In this document: one piece after another, positions 20,403 to 34,376 of the stretch
Layout: each line of letters begins with the position of its first letter
Position numbering within the stretch: position 1 is the first letter of the stretch
Assembly: GCA_037045455.1 (NCBI GenBank)
Contig: JBAOIN010000003.1
Span: 14,410-78,409 of the forward strand
Source of the DNA: Candidatus Nanopelagicales bacterium
Lineage (GTDB): Bacteria > Actinomycetota > Actinomycetes > S36-B12 > UBA10799
Length of the DNA stretch: 64,000 nucleotides
Direction of reading: 5' to 3'
Notes under the pieces: model-generated
Database searches by the model: none
Seen by the model: the letters and a program-made list of their open reading frames with translations, nothing else
What the model was told of the DNA's origin: nothing
Translations under genes and position numbers: made by a program

Positions 20403-21014
20403 CTAACCGGGTTGCTCCAGGGCGGCCATGACGTCTCCAGCGCTGATTGCCCCTTCCCGGATCACCTCGACTCCGTGCCGCAGGTCGACCACCGTGGACG
20501 CAAGCCCGCCGGGCAGTTCCCCACCGTCCAACCCGATCGAAACGCCGTCGGTCGTACAGGCAGCAAGCGAGGTGGGCAGGGGAGTGCCCGCACCCGTGGC
20601 CGCGATCGGCCCGGTGGCCGCCACGAGTTCGAGCATCCACGGGTGCAGTGGCATCCGCAGCGCCACGGCGTCGGTGGTGCCGGCGCTCCAGGCCAGGCTC
20701 AACTGCGGTTTGCCGATCAGCGTCAACGGTCCCGGCCAGAAGCGACGAGCCAGGAGTTCGGCATCGCGGGGTACCCGGCCCCACAACGCATGCATCGTTG
20801 TGCGCCGGTCGATGAACACGGGGATGGCAGTGCCGTCAGCGATCCCACGCACGTCGCGCAGCCGCTGCACGCCTGTGCCGAAAGCGTCGGTCACGATCGC
20901 GTAGTGGCTGTCTGCGGGGGCGGCGACCAGCCGGCCCGAGCGCATAGCCGTGACGGCGGCCCGGGTGCCTGCAGCACGCAGTTGCAGGTCGCCGCCGGGG
21001 TAGGTACGCATCAC
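20403..21014 (-). CDS. Sua5/YrdC/TsaC-family protein (L-threonylcarbamoyladenylate synthase-like), YrdC domain only
   Basis: 203 aa. Blocks ...AAPADSHYAIVTDAF..., ...FWPGPLTLI..., ...ALRMPLHP... and ...ASTVVDL... match the YrdC fold. Its strand is opposite to the prfA-prmC and wecA-atp genes. Confidence 0.8.
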   Translation of the reverse strand: MMRTYPGGDLQLRAAGTRAAVTAMRSGRLVAAPADSHYAIVTDAFGTGVQRLRDVRGIADGTAIPVFIDRRTTMHALWGRVPRDAELLARRFWPGPLTLIGKPQLSLAWSAGTTDAVALRMPLHPWMLELVAATGPIAATGAGTPLPTSLAACTTDGVSIGLDGGELPGGLASTVVDLRHGVEVIREGAISAGDVMAALEQPG

Positions 21015-21124
21015 GGTGCCATTGTGTCGAACGCAGTTGGTAGATAACGAGACGTTGAGTGAGCGGTCCTCACCTGCGCGTTTGCTCTCAAGGCTGGAGC
21101 AGTCCCGAGTCCAGCAGCGTCTGA

Positions 21125-21184
21125 TTCACCGTTTGTGCTTTGTTGCACCGTTCCGATCGGTGCAAAACTGTCGCAACGGTGAAA
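21125..21184. repeat. Family B nested-palindrome repeat, copy 1
   Basis: The outer stem TTCACCGTT pairs with AACGGTGAA. The inner perfect 8-bp hairpin is ttgcaccg-ttccgat-cggtgcaa. Lies in the divergent YrdC/glyA intergenic region. Confidence 0.75.
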
Positions 21185-21275
21185 CCAAAGCGCCCAAGCA
21201 CGCCGCGCGGCTTCATCAATGCCCGAACGGTCCGCGCGTACACTTGCCCCAAGACCGTTCGTCAGGAGCCCATCC

Positions 21276-22538
21276 ATGTCCAACGTCCCGTTCTGGGGTC
21301 CAGATTTCGCCATGCTCGAGGCCGAGGATCCGGACATCGCTGCCATCCTGCTCAGTGAGCTGGACCGCGCCCGCAGTGGTCTGCAACTGATCGCCAGCGA
21401 GAACTTCACCAGTCCGGCAGTGCTCGCGGCGCTCGGCTCCACGCTGAGCAACAAGTACGCGGAGGGTTACCCTGGCCGGCGCTACTACGGGGGCTGCGCG
21501 GAGGTCGACAAGGCCGAGAACATCGGCATCGAGCGGGCCAAGGAACTGTTCGGCGCCGAGCACGCCAACCTGCAGCCGCACTCCGGAGCGTCGGCCAACA
21601 TCGCCGTCTACGGCGCGTTCGTGAAACCCGGCGAGAAAGTGCTCGCCATGAGCCTGCCGCACGGCGGGCACCTGACCCACGGCACGAAGGTGTCGTTCTC
21701 GGGCAAGTGGTTCGAGGCGGTGCACTACGGCGTGAACACGGCGACCGAGGACATCGACTACGACCAGGTGCGCGACCTCGCACGTGAGCACCAGCCCAAG
21801 ATGATCATCTGCGGGGGCTCGGCCATCCCGCGGCTGATCGACTTCGCGGCGTTCCGGGAGATCGCCGACGAGGTGGGCGCAAAGCTCATGGTGGACGCGG
21901 CGCACTTCATCGGGCTGGTCGCGGGCAAGGCCATCCCCAGTCCGGTGCCGTATGCCGACGTCGTCACGTTCACGACCCACAAGGTCCTGCGCGGGCCGCG
22001 CGGCGGCATGATCATCACCACGGCCGAGCACGCGGCCGCGATCGACAAGGCCGTGTTCCCGATGATGCAGGGCGGTCCCCTCATGCATGCCGTGGCAGCC
22101 AAGGCCGTCGCGCTGAAGGAGGCCTCTACCCCGGCGTACCAGCAGTACGCCCGGGACGTCATCGAGAACGCCCAAGCCCTCACGGCGGCACTGGAAGCCG
22201 AAGGGATGCGGGCCGTCACCGGGGGAACCGACACGCACCTGGCACTGCTGGACCTGCAGCCGCTGGGCGTGACCGGTGCCGAGGCCGAGCAGCGCTGTGA
22301 CGCCGCTGGCATCGTGCTGAACAAGAACGCGATCCCGTTCGACCCGCAGCCGCCGAGTGTGGCCAGCGGTATCCGGGTGGGCTCGCCCAGTGTGACCACG
22401 CAAGGCATGGGGACCGCCCAGATGAAGGAGATCGCAGGGCTGATCGCGCGCGCCGTCACCGATCCCGCCGCGACAGAAGAGGTGCGGGCCGGCGTCGACG
22501 TCCTCGTGGAGCAGTTCCCGGCCTACCCGGTCGGCTGA
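21276..22538 (+). CDS. glyA: Serine hydroxymethyltransferase
   Basis: Has LIASENFTSPAVL, the PLP-lysine block TTHKVLRGPRGG and SGIRVGSPSVTTQG. ATG 21276 has an aggag RBS. Confidence 0.96.
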   Translation: MSNVPFWGPDFAMLEAEDPDIAAILLSELDRARSGLQLIASENFTSPAVLAALGSTLSNKYAEGYPGRRYYGGCAEVDKAENIGIERAKELFGAEHANLQPHSGASANIAVYGAFVKPGEKVLAMSLPHGGHLTHGTKVSFSGKWFEAVHYGVNTATEDIDYDQVRDLAREHQPKMIICGGSAIPRLIDFAAFREIADEVGAKLMVDAAHFIGLVAGKAIPSPVPYADVVTFTTHKVLRGPRGGMIITTAEHAAAIDKAVFPMMQGGPLMHAVAAKAVALKEASTPAYQQYARDVIENAQALTAALEAEGMRAVTGGTDTHLALLDLQPLGVTGAEAEQRCDAAGIVLNKNAIPFDPQPPSVASGIRVGSPSVTTQGMGTAQMKEIAGLIARAVTDPAATEEVRAGVDVLVEQFPAYPVG

Positions 22539-22548
22539 CCGCGGCGCC

Positions 22549-23640
22549 GTGCGCGAATACCTGCTCTGCTTCCTGGTGGCAGCAGCGGTCACCTACCTGC
22601 TGACCCCTCCAGTGCGGGCACTCGCGATCAAAGCCCGGGCAATGGCCGAGGTCCGGGACCGGGACATCCACGCCGCCCCGATCCCGCGCTGGGGTGGCCT
22701 GGCGATGTACTTCGGGTTGCTGGCGGGGTTGCTCGTGGCCAGTCAGCTGCCAGGGATCAGCGTGGTGTTCGACGGCAGCCGACAGCCTTTGGCGCTGGTC
22801 GTCGGATCGACGCTGATCGTGGCACTGGGGCTGCTCGACGACCGCTTCGGTCTCGACGCCCCGACCAAATTCGCCGGGCAGGTGCTGGCGGCCGGGTCGA
22901 TGGCGTTCCTCGGCATCCAGATGGTGTGGCTACCGATCGGTGGAACGCTGGTCCTGGACCCGCTGACCAGTGTGTTGCTGACGGTCCTGTTCGTCGTGCT
23001 GACGATCAACGCCGTGAATTTCGTGGACGGCTTGGACGGGCTGGCAGCCGGTATCGTCGGGATCGCGGCGATGGCGTTCTTCGTCTACGCCTTCCTGCTC
23101 AGCGTGCAATTCGGGTTCGACCGGGCAACACTTGCGGCGCTGATCTGCGCACTGCTGGCCGGCGTCTGCATGGGATTCCTGCCGCACAACATCAACCCGG
23201 CGCGGTTGTTCATGGGTGACACCGGCTCGATGCTGATCGGGCTGCTGCTGGCCGCCAGCGCGATCACCTTGTCCGGGCGGGTCGACCCCAGCGCTGTACG
23301 TGCCGAACTGCTGTTCCCGGCGATCCTGCCGTTGCTGTTGCCGTTGGCCGTGATCGCGGTGCCGTTGATCGACGTGGCGCTGGCCGTCATCCGCCGCACC
23401 CGCCGCGGCCGCAGCCCCTTCGCCCCGGACAAGGAGCACCTGCACCACCGGCTGATCGAACTCGGGCACTCCCAGCGGCGCGCCGTGGGCCTGATGTACG
23501 CCTGGACGGCCCTGATTGCGTTCTCCGCGGTGAGTGTGGCGGTGGTGCCGTGGCCGGTCGCTGCGGTGGTATTCCTCGTCGGCCTCGGCGGATTGGCCTT
23601 CCTGGTCGGCCGGCCGGTGGGGGCGCTCACCCGGCAGTAG
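22549..23640 (+). CDS. wecA: Undecaprenyl-phosphate GlcNAc-1-phosphate transferase (WecA/Rfe, glycosyltransferase family 4)
   Basis: A polytopic membrane protein with the MraY/WecA blocks DDRFGL, NAVNFVDGLDGLA and MGDTGSMLIG. Conserved position upstream of the atp operon. Confidence 0.85.
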   Translation: MREYLLCFLVAAAVTYLLTPPVRALAIKARAMAEVRDRDIHAAPIPRWGGLAMYFGLLAGLLVASQLPGISVVFDGSRQPLALVVGSTLIVALGLLDDRFGLDAPTKFAGQVLAAGSMAFLGIQMVWLPIGGTLVLDPLTSVLLTVLFVVLTINAVNFVDGLDGLAAGIVGIAAMAFFVYAFLLSVQFGFDRATLAALICALLAGVCMGFLPHNINPARLFMGDTGSMLIGLLLAASAITLSGRVDPSAVRAELLFPAILPLLLPLAVIAVPLIDVALAVIRRTRRGRSPFAPDKEHLHHRLIELGHSQRRAVGLMYAWTALIAFSAVSVAVVPWPVAAVVFLVGLGGLAFLVGRPVGALTRQ

Positions 23641-23754
23641 GACTCCAGAAGTGCCCCTTTGTTCAATGTGCGCCAACTCCGAACCGGCGAAAGGTGAACA
23701 AGCGGCCGCACGCGACCGATGGGGGCGCGAGCGACGCCAGGTACCCTGAAATCG

Positions 23755-24198
23755 ATGAACGCCTCCCTGCGCAGACCCGTCCTCGGTACCGCCGCGGTCG
23801 GAATCCTGGGCACGGTGATCGGCACGATCGTGGCTGGCGTCCCCGGTTTGATCGCAGGTGTCATGGCCACCGTGGTCGTGCTGTTGTTCTTCGGGCTGGG
23901 CCAACTGGCCGTGCAGAAGGTGCTGGCGAACAACCCGGCACTGGGCCTGAACGCCGCGCTCGGGGTGTACCTGGGACAGATCCTGATCCTCTTCATCATC
24001 CTGCTCGTCCTGCGCAACGCGACGTTCTTCGACACCAAGGTCTTCGCCTCGGTCATCGCTGTGTGCGCTGTGGTCTGGACCGGGTTGATCATCGTGGCGC
24101 TGTCGGCCAAGCCCGCGGCCTACGTCGAGCCGGAATCGACACTAGGACTCAGCGACGACCCGGAGGTCGTCGAACGGCTGAAGAAGCAGAACCCGTGA
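23755..24198 (+). CDS. Small integral membrane protein preceding the atp operon (Rv1303-like position)
   Basis: Four predicted hydrophobic segments. ATG 23755 (MNASLRRP) lies inside ORF 23719-24198. No catalytic motif. Confidence 0.6.
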   Translation: MNASLRRPVLGTAAVGILGTVIGTIVAGVPGLIAGVMATVVVLLFFGLGQLAVQKVLANNPALGLNAALGVYLGQILILFIILLVLRNATFFDTKVFASVIAVCAVVWTGLIIVALSAKPAAYVEPESTLGLSDDPEVVERLKKQNP

Positions 24199-24225
24199 TC
24201 GGCCGCCGAGAGCCGGGCTGGTAGG

Positions 24226-24477
24226 TTGAGCGCGAACATGAAAGCTCCAATGGACGTCGACCGCCAAGCCCCGAACGTCGCATGGACGGCGCTCAACAAC
24301 CTGGTTGCCGGCATCCTGGTCTATGGGGGTCTGGGCTACCTGATCGGGCTGTACTTCGGGAAATCCCAGGTCGGATTGGCCATCGGAGCGGTGTTCGGGT
24401 TGGCGGCGAGCACGGTGTTGGTGTTCTACCGCCTGCGGCATTTGGACAGCGGTTCGCAACCACAGCGGGAGGCGTAG
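24226..24477 (+). CDS. AtpI/AtpZ-like small membrane protein
   Basis: 83 aa with two hydrophobic helices, immediately upstream of and stop/start-overlapping atpB. The start (TTG 24226 or ATG 24238) is uncertain. Confidence 0.5.
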   Translation: MSANMKAPMDVDRQAPNVAWTALNNLVAGILVYGGLGYLIGLYFGKSQVGLAIGAVFGLAASTVLVFYRLRHLDSGSQPQREA

Positions 24478-25283
24478 TGCAGGGCGCATTGATACCGATG
24501 TCCGAGGTAGAGCCCGGCTGCCACCTGAACAGTGGCTGCGCCTTCCCGGCGCCCGATGCCTCCATCTTCGAGTTCGATGCCTACTTCGGGCAGTGGACCA
24601 AGCCCGTCATCCTGCTCGTGCTCGGCTCCCTGATCATCATCGTTTTCTTCCTGATCGCGTTCCGTAAGCCCAAGCTCATCCCGACCAAGCTGCAGAGCAT
24701 CGGGGAGATGGGCTACCTGTTCATCCGTGACGGCATCGGCCGCGAGGTGATCGGCAAGGACGGCGACCGGTTCGTTCCGCTGCTGTTCACGATCTTCTTC
24801 TTCGTCTGGATCGGCAATCTGTGGGGAGTCATCCCCGGAGCACAGTTCCCGGTCAACTCCCGCTTCGCGTTCCCGGTCGGTCTGGCCATCGTCGTGTGGT
24901 GCATCTACATGTACCTCGGCATCCGCCACCAGGGCCCGGTCAAGTTCTTCACCACCATGATGTTCCCGCCCGGTCTGCCCAAGCCGATCTACCTGATCCT
25001 GGCTCCGATCGAGCTGATCTCCAACGTGCTGGTCCGCCCGGTCACGCTGTCCATCCGGTTGTTCGCCAACATGTTCGCCGGCCACCTGCTGCTGACTGTG
25101 TTCACCGTGGGTGCGTTCTACCTGGCAAGCCCGTCGGTGATCGGCATCCTGGGCTCGGCCACGTCCTTCGTGATGACTGTGATCTTCACGGGATTTGAGG
25201 CCTTCATCCAGGCATTGCAGGCCTACATCTTCACGCTCCTGACCGCCGTGTACATCGCCGGATCCCTGCACGCCGAGCACTAG
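24477..25283 (+). CDS. atpB: F0F1 ATP synthase subunit a
   Basis: Has the conserved RLFANMFAGH block with the essential Arg. The start is GTG 24477 or ATG 24498, inside ORF 24282-25283. Confidence 0.93.
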   Translation: MQGALIPMSEVEPGCHLNSGCAFPAPDASIFEFDAYFGQWTKPVILLVLGSLIIIVFFLIAFRKPKLIPTKLQSIGEMGYLFIRDGIGREVIGKDGDRFVPLLFTIFFFVWIGNLWGVIPGAQFPVNSRFAFPVGLAIVVWCIYMYLGIRHQGPVKFFTTMMFPPGLPKPIYLILAPIELISNVLVRPVTLSIRLFANMFAGHLLLTVFTVGAFYLASPSVIGILGSATSFVMTVIFTGFEAFIQALQAYIFTLLTAVYIAGSLHAEH

Positions 25284-25586
<303 letters not shown>

Positions 25587-25596
25587 GGATCCCCAC

Positions 25597-26145
25597 ATGA
25601 CCTGGCTGCTGGCCGCCGAAGAAGGCGGTAGCAACGTCCTTCGCATCCCGATGTTCGAGTTCGTCATCGGGCTGGTTGCGTTTGCCATTGTGTTCGGGAC
25701 GCTTGCCAAGTTCGCGCTGCCCAAGATCAAGCAGACGCTCGACGAGCGCGCCGACGCGATCGAGGGTGGCATCAAGCGTGCCGAGGAGGCGCAGGCGCAG
25801 GCCCAGCAGACCCTGGAGCAGTACCAGGAGCAGATGGCCGCCGCCCGCGCCGAGGTCGCCGAGATTCGTCAGCAGGCTGAGGCCGAGCGGGCGACGGTGA
25901 TGGAGGAGGCTCGCAAGGCCGCCGAGGCGCAAGCGCAGCAGATCGCTGCGAACGCGACCGCTCAGATCGAGGCCGAGAAGGCCAAGGCGTTGGCCGACCT
26001 GCGCAAGTCCATGGGCGGGGTCGCCACCGATCTCGCCGGGCGCATCGTGGGGGAGTCGATGAGCGACGACGAGCGCGCCCGCGGCGTGGTCGACCGGTTC
26101 ATCGCTGAACTCGAGCAGGCCAGCGCACAGGGCGGAGATAACTGA
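25597..26145 (+). CDS. atpF: F0F1 ATP synthase subunit b
   Basis: One N-terminal TM segment followed by a long A/E/Q-rich helix. Operon position supports the call. Confidence 0.9.
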   Translation: MTWLLAAEEGGSNVLRIPMFEFVIGLVAFAIVFGTLAKFALPKIKQTLDERADAIEGGIKRAEEAQAQAQQTLEQYQEQMAAARAEVAEIRQQAEAERATVMEEARKAAEAQAQQIAANATAQIEAEKAKALADLRKSMGGVATDLAGRIVGESMSDDERARGVVDRFIAELEQASAQGGDN

Positions 26146-26963
26146 TGATCGGGGCCAGTCGCACGTCACGGGCAGCGGTACGGGAGTCCGTGGACACCCG
26201 CTTCGACGCCGCCGATGCCGATGCTCTGGCCGCCGACGGTCAGTCCCTGCTGTCCTTCGCCGGTCTGCTCGGTCGTGAGCGCACCCTGCGTGCCACCCTG
26301 GCCGATCCGGCTTTGGACGCAGGTGCCAAGCGTGGCCTGCTGGACCGGCTGCTCGGGTCCCGGGTTCCGGGCTCGGCAGTCGACCTCATCGCGCAGGTCG
26401 TCGAGCAACGGTGGTCCACTGATCGCGACATGATCGACGTGCTCGCCGAGGCGGGCCAGAGTTTGCTGCTGATGTCGGCGGAGAAGCACGGCCGGCTCGA
26501 CCGGGTGGAGGACGAGATCTTCCGCTTCGGCCGGACCATCGACGCCAACCCCGACCTGCAAATGGCGCTCACCAACCCGGCGCTGGACTCAGCCACCAAG
26601 GCTGGCATCACCGGCCAGTTGCTCGAGGGCAAAGCGGATCCGCTGACCGTGACCCTTCTCCAAACCTCCACGGCCGAACTGCACGGACGCCCCGTGCAGA
26701 CCGCAGTCGGCGACCTCAGCGCCCTGGCCGCGCAACGCCGCGGCCGTGTGGTAGCCGAGGTCCGCAGTGCCATCCCGCTGACCGACGAGCAATCGCAGCG
26801 CCTGCGTGATGCGCTCGGTCGCATCCACCACCGGGACGTCCAGCTCAACGTCACCATCGACCCCAGCGTCGTGGGCGGCTTGGAGGTCCGCGTCGGCGAC
26901 GACGTCATCGACGGCACCCTGTCCACCCGCATCGAGGCGGCGCGCCGCCGGCTCACCCACTGA
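26145..26963 (+). CDS. atpH: F0F1 ATP synthase subunit delta
   Basis: OSCP-family C-terminal block ...[20 protein letters not shown].... Operon position supports the call. Confidence 0.9.
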   Translation: MIGASRTSRAAVRESVDTRFDAADADALAADGQSLLSFAGLLGRERTLRATLADPALDAGAKRGLLDRLLGSRVPGSAVDLIAQVVEQRWSTDRDMIDVLAEAGQSLLLMSAEKHGRLDRVEDEIFRFGRTIDANPDLQMALTNPALDSATKAGITGQLLEGKADPLTVTLLQTSTAELHGRPVQTAVGDLSALAAQRRGRVVAEVRSAIPLTDEQSQRLRDALGRIHHRDVQLNVTIDPSVVGGLEVRVGDDVIDGTLSTRIEAARRRLTH

Positions 26964-26989
26964 ACCTCCCAACGAAAGAGGCACGAAAC

Positions 26990-28633
<1,644 letters not shown>

Positions 28634-28636
28634 CCC

Positions 28637-31421
<2,785 letters not shown>

Positions 31422-31454
31422 CCGCCCGAGGTCCGCACCACTCACTCGTCCCCG

Positions 31455-31509
31455 CGTTTTGTCGCATTGTCGTCGTTAACTTCGGCGTGTCGTGACAACT
31501 TCGCGACAG
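31455..31509 (+). repeat. Family A repeat, copy 2 (short variant lacking the central CGACAACGCGACAG module)
   Basis: cgTTTTGTCGCATTGTCGTCG-8nt-GGCGTGTCGTGA-CAACTTCGCGACAG. It ends 4 nt before the stop of the minus-strand DUF559 gene. Confidence 0.75.
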
Positions 31510-31512
31510 AAG

Positions 31513-32370
31513 TCAGGGGCGCCACCCCTGCTGTCGCAGGGCTTCGCTCACGAAACCCACTGCCACGTGGATTCTGCGGGTCATCTCCTTGGTGATCACA
31601 ACGTGCCGCCAGCCGTGCGCTGCATAGTCATTGCGCGTGGCCGCGTCCTGGTGCCGTTGGCGGCCCTGGTCGTGATGCTCACCGTCGTAATCAGCGATGA
31701 CTCGGAAAGGTTCCCACACGAAGTCCCCGCATCCCAGCCACGCGCCCTGCTCGATGATGTCCTTGTTCAACTCGGGCCTGGGCAGGCCCGCTTGTATCAT
31801 GGCTACCCGGAACAGCGACTCCTGCGCCGAAGCGCTGCCCGGATCGGCGAGCTCCGCGGCTTTCGACAATGATCGCGCATGACGCACACCTGATGTGTCC
31901 AGCAGTTCCTCGCGGGTACAGTGCCGCCGCCGGAGCAGAACGTCAGCTATTGCCACGAGATCCGGCACCGACAGCGAACCCGCCAGGTCTTGCCACGTGC
32001 GCAGACCGTCGGTGACGCGCATACCCTTGTGCACGATCACCGAGTGAGCAATCTCGCGACTGTGCCACGTGATTCCCTGTCTGGATCCTCTGGCCTTGCC
32101 AGGCGGCACGGTGACGTGAAAGGGCCGGGGCTCGATCTTCGGCAAGGGCAGGTCCAAGATCTTCGCGGCGGTCGTGTGCGAGAAGACAGCGTGGGGAGCC
32201 AGCAGCAATGCGTAGGCATCCAACTCCGCCTGCCAGCCAATCTGCTCGGTGCGAACCCCACGTGTGGGTTTGTCCAGACCGGCGAGTTGGATTTGGCGGT
32301 ACGACATCCCGCCACCGCCAGCGCGGGAAACTGTGAAAGGGCCCATGGCGCAACCCAAACCGGAATTCAT
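31513..32370 (-). CDS. DUF559-type endonuclease-domain protein (AbiEi-like N-terminus plus Vsr/restriction-endonuclease-like C-terminus)
   Basis: The C-terminal block ...GDFVWEPFRVIADYDGEHHDQGRQRHQDAATRNDYAAHGWRHVVITKEM... is typical of DUF559 proteins. The start may be M1 (32370) or M9 (32346). Confidence 0.7.
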   Translation of the reverse strand: MNSGLGCAMGPFTVSRAGGGGMSYRQIQLAGLDKPTRGVRTEQIGWQAELDAYALLLAPHAVFSHTTAAKILDLPLPKIEPRPFHVTVPPGKARGSRQGITWHSREIAHSVIVHKGMRVTDGLRTWQDLAGSLSVPDLVAIADVLLRRRHCTREELLDTSGVRHARSLSKAAELADPGSASAQESLFRVAMIQAGLPRPELNKDIIEQGAWLGCGDFVWEPFRVIADYDGEHHDQGRQRHQDAATRNDYAAHGWRHVVITKEMTRRIHVAVGFVSEALRQQGWRP

Positions 32371-32413
32371 ATGGGCAGACGCGTTTGGTGCGGATCTGTG
32401 GACCGAGCCGTCC

Positions 32414-32490
32414 GGTTTTGTTGCGTTGTTGGCGTCAACTGCGGCGTGTCGGGCCGACTTCGCAACAATGCGGTCAACTTCGCAACAAAA
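32414..32490 (+). repeat. Family A repeat, copy 3
   Basis: ggTTTTGTTGCGTTGTTGG-10nt-GGCGTGTCGGGCCGACTTCGCAACAA-6nt-CAACTTCGCAACAAAA. It ends 4 nt before the pduO stop. Confidence 0.8.
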
Positions 32491-32493
32491 CCC

Positions 32494-33051
32494 CTAGCGC
32501 TCGCCGCCCGGCACCCACAGCACATCGCCACCCGGGTTGCACACCCGCGCCAGGATGAACAGCAGGTCGCTTAAACGATTCAAGTAGTGCGCGGTCATGT
32601 CGTTCATCGAGTCGCCGTATTCGCCGAACGCCCGCCACGTGGCCCGTTCAGCCCGGCGGGCTACCGTGCGGGCAACGTGCAACAGGGCCGACGCCGGCGT
32701 CCCCCCGGGGAGGATGAACGAGCGCAGGTTCGGCAGGTCGGCGTTGAACCGGTCGCAGTCGGCCTCCAACGCATCGACGTAATCCTGGGTCACGCGCAAC
32801 CCCTTCGCCGGCAGCGGCGTGCACAGATCGGCGCCCACGTCGAACAGCTCGTTTTGCACCCGCGACAGCACCTCGACCACCTCGGCCGGCGGCTCACCCA
32901 GCGCGAGCACCACGCCGATCGCACTGTTCGCCTCGTCCACGTCGGCGTAGGCCTCCAATCGCAAATCGGTCTTGGAGGTCCGCGAGAAGTCACCGAGCGC
33001 GGTCGAACCGTCGTCGCCGGTCCGGGTGTAGATCCGGGTCAGGTTCACCAT
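32494..33051 (-). CDS. pduO: ATP:cob(I)alamin adenosyltransferase, PduO type
   Basis: Has IYTRTGDDGST, then ...ANSAIG..., ...QNELFDVGADL... and ...FILPGG...LHVARTVARRAER blocks. Same position as Rv1314c next to murA. Confidence 0.9.
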   Translation of the reverse strand: MVNLTRIYTRTGDDGSTALGDFSRTSKTDLRLEAYADVDEANSAIGVVLALGEPPAEVVEVLSRVQNELFDVGADLCTPLPAKGLRVTQDYVDALEADCDRFNADLPNLRSFILPGGTPASALLHVARTVARRAERATWRAFGEYGDSMNDMTAHYLNRLSDLLFILARVCNPGGDVLWVPGGER

Positions 33052-33060
33052 GCCTTGACT

Positions 33061-34278
33061 CTAGTTGCCACCCACCCACGGGATCGGGTACACGAACTGC
33101 CAGCCGCCGGGGAAGGACGGCATCGTGCCCATGTTCTGCGGCCACCCCTCGAACGTGGTGACGTTGGGCAGGTCGTCCTCGAGTTCCTGGGCGACGGCCT
33201 CAGCAGCATCAGCAGCGGCCTCACCCACGTCCCCACCGACCTCGGCGCCCTCGGCGATCGCAGCGGCCGCGTCACCCAGTTCCGGCAGGTCCCCGCCGCC
33301 GGTCACGACCGTCAAGGCCACGATCACGGCGACCAGGATCACGGCGGCCACCACCTCCAGCAGGATGGCCCAGGGACCTTGAGCATCGAAGAACTTCTCG
33401 ATCGAGGTCAGCATGCTGAACGAGCACGTACTGCCGCCCGGCCAGGTCACCGTGCCCTTGTAGCCGAACGTCTGGTTCTCGAACAGGATCACGGCGACCT
33501 CACCCTCACCCATCTGCGGCTGCGGGCTCTTGGAACAGGGATCACTGCCGGAACTGCCGTCGTACTTGTACGTTTCGTCGATGCCCGCCTCTTCGCCCTT
33601 GAGCGTGAATGCGGACGCCAGGTTGGCAGGTGGATCGCCGAGCACAGACAACAACAGCACCTTGTCGTTGAACGTGACCGGGCTCGAGGACTGCGAGCCG
33701 GCCGAGGAACCACCCGTCGTGTACGTGAGCTGCAGGTTCCGGCCGGTGTCGTTGGCGAAGATGTAGCCGTAGCCCCAGGCGCCCGCCGTGGATGTCGTGG
33801 TGGCTGATGTCGCGGTGGTGTTGGCAGCTGCCAGCCCGGATGAGTGGGACGCAAGACGGACCTTGGCGCGATAGACGTGGTGCCCCCACGACACTTTGCG
33901 CTTCACGGTGAACTGGCCGTTGTGGCTGACCTTCTTGATGGTCTTCCAATGTCCGGCGGGCTTAACAGGATCGCCGAACCGGCCGCCTCCTTTGAGTTCC
34001 TGGATCACGACGGTGCGGGAGGCGTCGGGTGCCCGGACGACACCGGTCAGCGTGATGCGGTGGCCAGCCTTGACGCGGGCATCGCCGGGTTTGGCCAAAT
34101 GCATCGTGATGCAGGCCTTGCGCGATTGGCCAGGCTGCAAAGAGCACGCCGTGGACGCTGCGCCGGACTCGCCTGCCGCTGCAGCGGGCCGTGGGGGTGA
34201 GGCGGCGTTTGCGGGTAAGGGCGCCGCCAGCAGCGCAACACCCGCAGAGAGCACCAATATCGCCTTGGTTGCACGCAT
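33061..34278 (-). CDS. Orphan secreted, single-pass membrane protein of unknown function
   Basis: ATG 34278 gives the signal peptide MRATKAILVLSAGVALLAAPLPANA. Next come an Ig-like segment, an S/T-rich linker, a beta-rich Cys-containing domain and one TM (AILLEVVAAVILVAVIVALTVV). The tail is acidic and A/E/D-rich and ends ...GGWQFVYPIPWVGGN. No family recognised. Lies 9 nt upstream of pduO. Confidence 0.6.
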   Translation of the reverse strand: MRATKAILVLSAGVALLAAPLPANAASPPRPAAAAGESGAASTACSLQPGQSRKACITMHLAKPGDARVKAGHRITLTGVVRAPDASRTVVIQELKGGGRFGDPVKPAGHWKTIKKVSHNGQFTVKRKVSWGHHVYRAKVRLASHSSGLAAANTTATSATTTSTAGAWGYGYIFANDTGRNLQLTYTTGGSSAGSQSSSPVTFNDKVLLLSVLGDPPANLASAFTLKGEEAGIDETYKYDGSSGSDPCSKSPQPQMGEGEVAVILFENQTFGYKGTVTWPGGSTCSFSMLTSIEKFFDAQGPWAILLEVVAAVILVAVIVALTVVTGGGDLPELGDAAAAIAEGAEVGGDVGEAAADAAEAVAQELEDDLPNVTTFEGWPQNMGTMPSFPGGWQFVYPIPWVGGN

Positions 34279-34376
34279 AGCGGACTCCGTCCGTAGGCCC
34301 CGAAGCGTACTCCCGCCAGACAGTGTTTCGTCAAGCCTCGGAAGTCTCGAAGACGCCACCAAACGGCTAGGGCAGA

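Noticed and set aside
21015-21275. Possible riboswitch (ZTP, THF or glycine type) in the 260-nt region upstream of glyA
   Set aside because: I could not find the conserved cores of those riboswitches by eye. The structured portion is the family B repeat, which also occurs at unrelated loci. An Rfam scan would be needed to be sure.
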